From NCBI GenBank assembly GCA_001662655.1, contig KV460207.1: 64,000 nucleotides of DNA; one strand, 5' to 3'. Below are positions 58,478 to 64,000 of this stretch, in pieces (the first letter of the stretch is position 1; each line of letters opens with the position of its first letter). The notes under the pieces were generated by a model. It had not been told where the DNA came from and did not search any database. It worked only from the letters and a program-made list of their open reading frames with translations. The position numbers and the translations under genes are program-made. Source of the DNA: Pseudogymnoascus verrucosus (lineage: Eukaryota).

Positions 58478-60742
58478 TCATTTCGGCTGATTCTCCGTTC
58501 CAGTTGTTTCTGTAGTCTGCTCAGCTACATTCTCTGCAGCCTGCTCAGCTACTTTCTCCGTTGCCGGTATCTCCGGTCTCTCCTTATTCCAAGTCCTAAA
58601 GCTTGAGGCTTTAAATCTGTTCCAAGTATCTGGCTCGTACTTGGCTTTAAATTTCGTCACAAGGGCCGTAAGCTTTGAGCGCTCCCTAGTAAGAGTTCTA
58701 TAGTCCTCTCGTGGAACCATGCCAGCGTCCATCAGCTTATCATAAGCGCTGATCATTCTCTGGGCTAGCTTTAGAGCGTCCTGTTGGTAAGAGGCGTCTG
58801 TACTTAAGCTGTCTTTGCGGCTTTGTGACCAAGATCTCGCTTTGTTTGTGGTCCCATAAGTCAAGGTGGCCTTTATATTGAGGATAGATGGTGATACCCT
58901 GTCGAGAGCTGCAACAATCCTTTTGCCCTTCTCGAATTTGGCTAACCTAATATCATCAGGCCTTCCGCCCTCCAGAGACCGAACAGGCTGCGCCTTCGCA
59001 TCCAAGGACGGAATCAATTCCCCGAGGTCTGCCTCCATCAGGGCTTGCTTCATCTGCTGGATAGATCCAGGGGAAAGCTGGCGAGTTTTGCTCTCCAGAA
59101 AGCGGTTCGGGTCCGTGTCGGACTCAATCGCACAATCAAGGTAGATGTGGAGAGTAGGGAGGTCAATAGTATCCATGGTTTCCTGCATCAAGTCGACGAC
59201 CTTGGTCGCATTCCTGAAGGAATTTGGGTTGTGCTTGTCGCGCGCACATGCTGCAATTGCGAGGCGGAAAGTCTTCTTTTCGAGCATATGCTGGGGCATC
59301 TTTTCGAGCACAGCAGCTGCCTCATCGCTGAGACGTGCCTGCCGTAGAATGCGAAGATAGTCGTGGTAGTTCGCACTATCTGGTTCAACGTTATAATGCA
59401 TAGTGAATATCTCCCAGTACAATGTAGCTTGCTTTCCCAGATTAGCCTTCTGTAAGGCCACCATGATTAGAGATAGTGTATTTCGCCCGGGTCGTGGGAA
59501 GGAGCTTAGTCCTCTGCCGTATGTGTCTTTGCGAGTCGCTGGAACTATCCGTTTAAATTGGCCGTGTGAGGCGAGAGAAGGGCCAGTATCAACCTTGGCC
59601 TGGTCTAGCTTTACATTTTCCCACTCTTCCAGTGATTCGCTCTCTTGTGGCTTTTCGATTACCTCGACTCGACTTCCATGCGGTATAACAAGTTGTGGGA
59701 TCTTCATGGTCTGCCTGAGGAGGGCAAATACATCATCCCTATCCCTGTCACCTCCCATCAGCAAGATCCTGCCCAAACTGCAGACAAGTTCTTCATCGAT
59801 CCAAAGATCACCATGTCTCCAGCGGCTCGCTATGTCATCCCACATTCGTCGTGCGTCCATCACAGATTTGTCCCGGAGTGGCCTCAGCTCTTCTGCGCTG
59901 ATTTCAGTCGTGAGTCTTTTGATTGTGTTATCACGGATCGCGTTGAATATGATGGTAAATGTGAGGTTATTTGGAGCCCGTATGCCTTTATCTCGCAACT
60001 TGGCAGCTATTCCAAACAGAGCATCCATATCTCCAGCCTGTGCGCATACTTTTAGCACGGAGTTGGTGTGGATGATGTTGGGCTGAACAGGCGCATTCTC
60101 GGCATCCATGGAATGGTATATCGACAATGCGTGAGCAACAGCAGATGGATGTTGATGCGCCTGCTGTGCCAAGCCTCTGAATATGAGAGTATATGTGTAT
60201 GCATCAGGCGTCTGGCCTCGTTTCTTCATCTCGTTGTATGACTTAACGGCGCTGTTTATCTTTCCCTTCTTGCATTGCCAATCGATAAGATGGTTCCAGC
60301 CAACTGTACAATCGATCGCAGCGCTTGATCTCCGAACTAAATCTTCGGCCTCTTCGAATCTATCTTTCTTAAGCTTCGCAAGTGTATCGTCCGCCAATTT
60401 CAGAGGATCTCGGTATTTCAGGTCGTACCGCCGCCTCTCGGGCGCAGCGACGGCGTTATCATCGCTGCCAATGCGATTCCTCCCAGAGGTTTCCCTTTTC
60501 GAAAACGACGTTGGTTGTGATGGCTCCGAGTCCCTGCTTATCCTGAACCTCTGTTGCGGTTCTCGATTTCTCCTTCCGGACCTCTCATCTTCGATTGCGG
60601 ACTCGGCCTGGCTGCCAAACGTCCGATGTGACAGAGAAGTAGAACTCCTCACAACTGGCGCACATATCCGAGACGATGCATATCGAGAATTTGCTGCGAC
60701 ATTTGTCACGTACCGCTTTACATATGGCCGGTAGTGCAACAT
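58478..60742 (-). CDS. Pentatricopeptide repeat (PPR) protein, probably mitochondrial, 754 aa
   Basis: Arg/Ser-rich N-terminus. PPR-like units VGWNHLIDWQCKKGKINSAVKSYNEMKKRGQTPD, AYTYTLIFRGLA, PNIIHTNSVLKVCAQAGD and PDSANYHDYLRIL. Confidence 0.88.
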   Translation of the reverse strand: MLHYRPYVKRYVTNVAANSRYASSRICAPVVRSSTSLSHRTFGSQAESAIEDERSGRRNREPQQRFRISRDSEPSQPTSFSKRETSGRNRIGSDDNAVAAPERRRYDLKYRDPLKLADDTLAKLKKDRFEEAEDLVRRSSAAIDCTVGWNHLIDWQCKKGKINSAVKSYNEMKKRGQTPDAYTYTLIFRGLAQQAHQHPSAVAHALSIYHSMDAENAPVQPNIIHTNSVLKVCAQAGDMDALFGIAAKLRDKGIRAPNNLTFTIIFNAIRDNTIKRLTTEISAEELRPLRDKSVMDARRMWDDIASRWRHGDLWIDEELVCSLGRILLMGGDRDRDDVFALLRQTMKIPQLVIPHGSRVEVIEKPQESESLEEWENVKLDQAKVDTGPSLASHGQFKRIVPATRKDTYGRGLSSFPRPGRNTLSLIMVALQKANLGKQATLYWEIFTMHYNVEPDSANYHDYLRILRQARLSDEAAAVLEKMPQHMLEKKTFRLAIAACARDKHNPNSFRNATKVVDLMQETMDTIDLPTLHIYLDCAIESDTDPNRFLESKTRQLSPGSIQQMKQALMEADLGELIPSLDAKAQPVRSLEGGRPDDIRLAKFEKGKRIVAALDRVSPSILNIKATLTYGTTNKARSWSQSRKDSLSTDASYQQDALKLAQRMISAYDKLMDAGMVPREDYRTLTRERSKLTALVTKFKAKYEPDTWNRFKASSFRTWNKERPEIPATEKVAEQAAENVAEQTTETTGTENQPK

Positions 60743-60875
60743 GGCCGAATCGTTGGAGCTTTCGCAAAGTTCGTGAACGGTTCACTTAACTTTTTGGTAT
60801 CTCAAAGTTTTCACGTGATGTGGCGATGGTAAATTTCTCGGGCCGGAATAATTATTTCGGCGCAATACAGGGGTA

Positions 60876-60953
60876 ACGCGAAACGCGGACTCTACGCGTG
60901 TACCTGGGGGTCCTTTACGCGTGATTGATAGCCAGGGCCTTTCAACGCGCGAA
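60876..60953. promoter_or_regulatory. Cluster of MCB-like (ACGCG/ACGCGT) cell-cycle elements in the PPR/POL1 divergent promoter
   Basis: ACGCG at 60876, 60883, 60894, 60917 and 60945. Two are full ACGCGT and one overlaps CGCGAAA. Confidence 0.8.
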
Positions 60954-61071
60954 TTCACCCACCAAGCAACCACATTCTCAAAACATTATCTCCATTGTGT
61001 GAACGGGCAGAATTGAACAACCACACCGCTATGCTATTTTAGATTTGTATTTCTGGGTTCAACGCTTCATC

Positions 61072-64000
61072 ATGTCGAAATCTGCTCGCTCGTCAAAATT
61101 GGCAGAGCTTCGTGCTCTTCGTGAGTCGGGAAAGAAGCGCCTCGACACTTACGAAGTGCACCAAGAGGAGGACCTATACGAAGAAGTGGATGAAGATGGA
61201 TACAAAAAGGTTATCCGTGACCGCCTAAACCAGGATGACTTTGTCATCGACGATAATGGAGAGGGTTATGCCGATGACGGCCGGGAAGACTGGGACAGGC
61301 GGCAAGGATACGACAGCGAGAGTGAGGAGGATGCCCGTCCCAAAGCGAAGAATGGGAAAGCAGCAAAAAGGAAACGGGAAGAAGATAAGACGAAAAGGGA
61401 GAATATGGACAGGGGAATCAATAATTACTTCACAAAGGGGCCGGTAGTGGCGCAACCGAAAGCGAAGGTAACTTTGACGCCCCTTTTATTCACGACTGGC
61501 TTCGATGCTAATAGTTGAATAGCCTGTGAAAACACAAGCAGACGACGACTTCTTGGGAGACCTCCTTGCCGAGGTAGACACAAACGTTCTTCCCCGAGCT
61601 TCGCATCACCCACCGAAGCAACTGACTCGACGGACGAGGGCCCTTTCTCCGCCTATCCAAAGTGCCAAAAGCTTGTCAGCTAAGAGGATGAGACTGGGGG
61701 GCGCAAACGACGCCCCGCTTGCGCATGATGACGATGACGGCAACTTCATTGGCGGGATGGACGACGACGACGTACCTATGAGCGACCCGGCACCCTCGTC
61801 ACCCGTTCAGAAAGCTGTGGAGCGGAAAGCACAAGTAGCTATCAAAGCGGAGGAGGAGGATGACTACGATGCGATGGAGGTAGCTCAAGCCGACGGAATT
61901 GCTGCTGCCAGTGTCAACATGTCCGGTTCAAGGCCTGTGCCGAAGCTTTTGAAACCCGACCCATACCCAACCCCAGGAAGCTCTTCGCCCACAAGGCCGC
62001 CTCCTGAAGAAGTAGATGCGTCAGCCTGGAATAATGTCACTTCGCGCTTAAATGTCATCTCTAGCAGCCCTCCGACAGACACCAGGACTTACGGGAAGAT
62101 GGACTACAAAGATGCAATTGAGGGAGACGGAAGTTTGAACATGTTCTGGACAGACTATACCGAAGTGCATGGCAGCCTCTGCCTTTTCGGAAAAGTCAAA
62201 AACAAGAAGACTGGCGAGTATGTCAGCTGCTTTCTCAAAGTTGACAATATTCTACGGAAGGTATTCTTTCTGCCGCGAGACAACCTGTATAAGCATGGCA
62301 GGGAAACCTCCGAGGAAGTGAGCATGGAGGACGTCTACAAAGAGGTTGACTCTATTATGACACGGATGAAGGTTGGTATGCACAAGATCAAGCCTTGCTC
62401 AAGGAAGTACGCCTTCGAACTCGAAGATGTACCGAAAGAGGGCGAATATCTCAAACTGCTTTATCCTTACAATAAGCCTGCCCTGCCAATCGACCTGACT
62501 GGCGATACCTTCTCACATACTTTCGGGACCAACACTTCGATATTCGAACAGTTCGTATTGTGGAAGAATGTTATGGGTCCATGTTGGTTGAAGATTGAAG
62601 ACGCCGACTTCACCTTCCTCAACAATGCCTCTCACTGCAAGCTTGAAGTCCAAGTGACCACACCTAATCTTATCACCCCTCTGACGGAGTCGGACAGCAT
62701 GGAGCCTCCTCCATTGACCCTTATGAGTCTTGCCATGAGAACAACCTTGAATGCCAAGGACAACAAGCAAGAGATTTTAGCCATCAGCGCGCGTATTTAC
62801 GAAAACATCTCTCTTAACGACACAACGCCAGCGGAGCAGATCCCCTCCCGAACCATCACAATAATTCGACCTGTTGGCTCTTCTTTCCCTCTGGGATTCG
62901 AAGATCTCATCAAGAAGAAGAGCCGGGGCCTGGTCAAACTGTGCAGACAAGAACCGGAGATTCTCAGTTTCTTCTTGGCACAGCTTGATAGGGTCGACCC
63001 TGATGTCATTCTTGGCCACCAGCTCGAAGGTGTCGACTACAGCATTCTGCTCAGTCGCCTTCAGACTAGAAAGACGCCCGGATGGTCTAGGATCGGAAGA
63101 TTTAAGCGCAGCGACTGGCCAGGCTCTATGGGCAAGATTGGAGGAAACTTCTTCGCTGAACGCTCGTTGATTTCTGGACGTTTGCTTTGCGATCTTGCTA
63201 ACGATGCTGGTAAATCGACAATGACAAAGTGTCAGTCCTGGAGTCTCACTGAAATGTGCAACCTCTACCTTAGTAGTGGCAACAACGTCCGCAGAGAGGT
63301 CGATAACGAAGTGGCGTTGAAGACATGGGCCTGCACCAGGGATGGTTTGGTAGACTATATCGGCCACTGCGAGGCAGACACATATTTCATTGCCGCATTG
63401 GCTCTGAAAGTGCAGATGCTGCCACTCACAAAGGTCCTCACAAATTTGGCTGGAAACTCTTGGGCAAGGACACTTACGGGTACCCGTGCGGAGAGAAACG
63501 AGTACATTTTACTACACGAATTCCACCGCAATAAGTACATTGTTCCTGACAAGGCTCCATTCAAGGGTAGACCCAAGACAGAGCAACAAGACCAGGACGA
63601 GGAGGGCGGAGACGCGAAAAAGAAGGACAAATATAAGGGTGGTTTAGTCTTTGAGCCCGAAAAGGGGCTTTACGACAAATTTGTGCTGGTCATGGATTTC
63701 AACTCCCTCTATCCTAGTATCATTCAAGAGTACAACATCTGCTTCACAACAGTCGACCGAACAACAATTTCAGATGATGAAGATAAGGTGCCAGAAGTCC
63801 CTGTCGACCAGGACCAAGGTATCCTTCCAAAGCTGATCGCAACTCTTGTTGGTCGCCGTCGCCAAGTCAAGAGCCTGATGAAGGACAAGTCCGCAACCTC
63901 GGAGCAGCTGGCGACGTGGGATATCAAGCAGTTGGCTCTGAAGCTCACAGCTAATTCTATGTACGGTTGTCTTGGATACACCAAGTCGCGCTTCTATGCC
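61072..64000 (+). CDS. POL1: DNA polymerase alpha catalytic subunit, truncated by the right edge
   Basis: N-terminal DDFVIDDNGEGY and intron 61468-61522. Family B motifs YKGGLVFEP, VMDFNSLYPSIIQEYNICFTT and KLTANSMYGCLG. Confidence 0.96.

Noticed and set aside
1..64000. tRNA, rRNA or secondary-metabolite backbone genes
   Set aside because: None recognised by eye. tRNAscan-SE, Infernal and antiSMASH would be needed to exclude them formally.

Overview
Eukaryotic DNA from a filamentous ascomycete. Short GT-AG introns with CTAAC/CTGAC branch sites and the gene content point to Pezizomycotina; Leotiomycetes is an inference. The first ~20 kb is accessory-like: a large acidic repeat protein running off the left edge, an SDR, a small membrane protein, a PTH11-like receptor, an FAD monooxygenase, a P450 and a BVMO/EthA-like monooxygenase, separated by degenerate minisatellites. 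From ~20.6 kb the window is a housekeeping block: a THO1/Hpr1-guanylate kinase fusion head-to-head with Aquarius/Cwf11, then eIF4G, a small membrane ORF, YAK1, RAD26/CSB, a RING-LON ligase, an ALYREF/Yra1-like RRM protein, a ~1040-aa orphan, a PPR protein and Pol alpha (truncated by the right edge) behind an MCB-rich bidirectional promoter. The main structures the ORF track misses are: (1) a 1145-bp Mutator-like element with perfect 128-bp TIRs and a 9-bp TSD, whose RIP-decayed transposase remnant is split by a nested solo LTR; (2) an enzyme-like guanylate kinase domain fused to THO1; (3) a 339-nt in-frame, stop-free candidate intron in eIF4G; (4) a CaaX box on the last mini-exon of the RING-LON gene; (5) an 11-unit 36-bp array. 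All exon boundaries and family calls were read by eye, without database searches.
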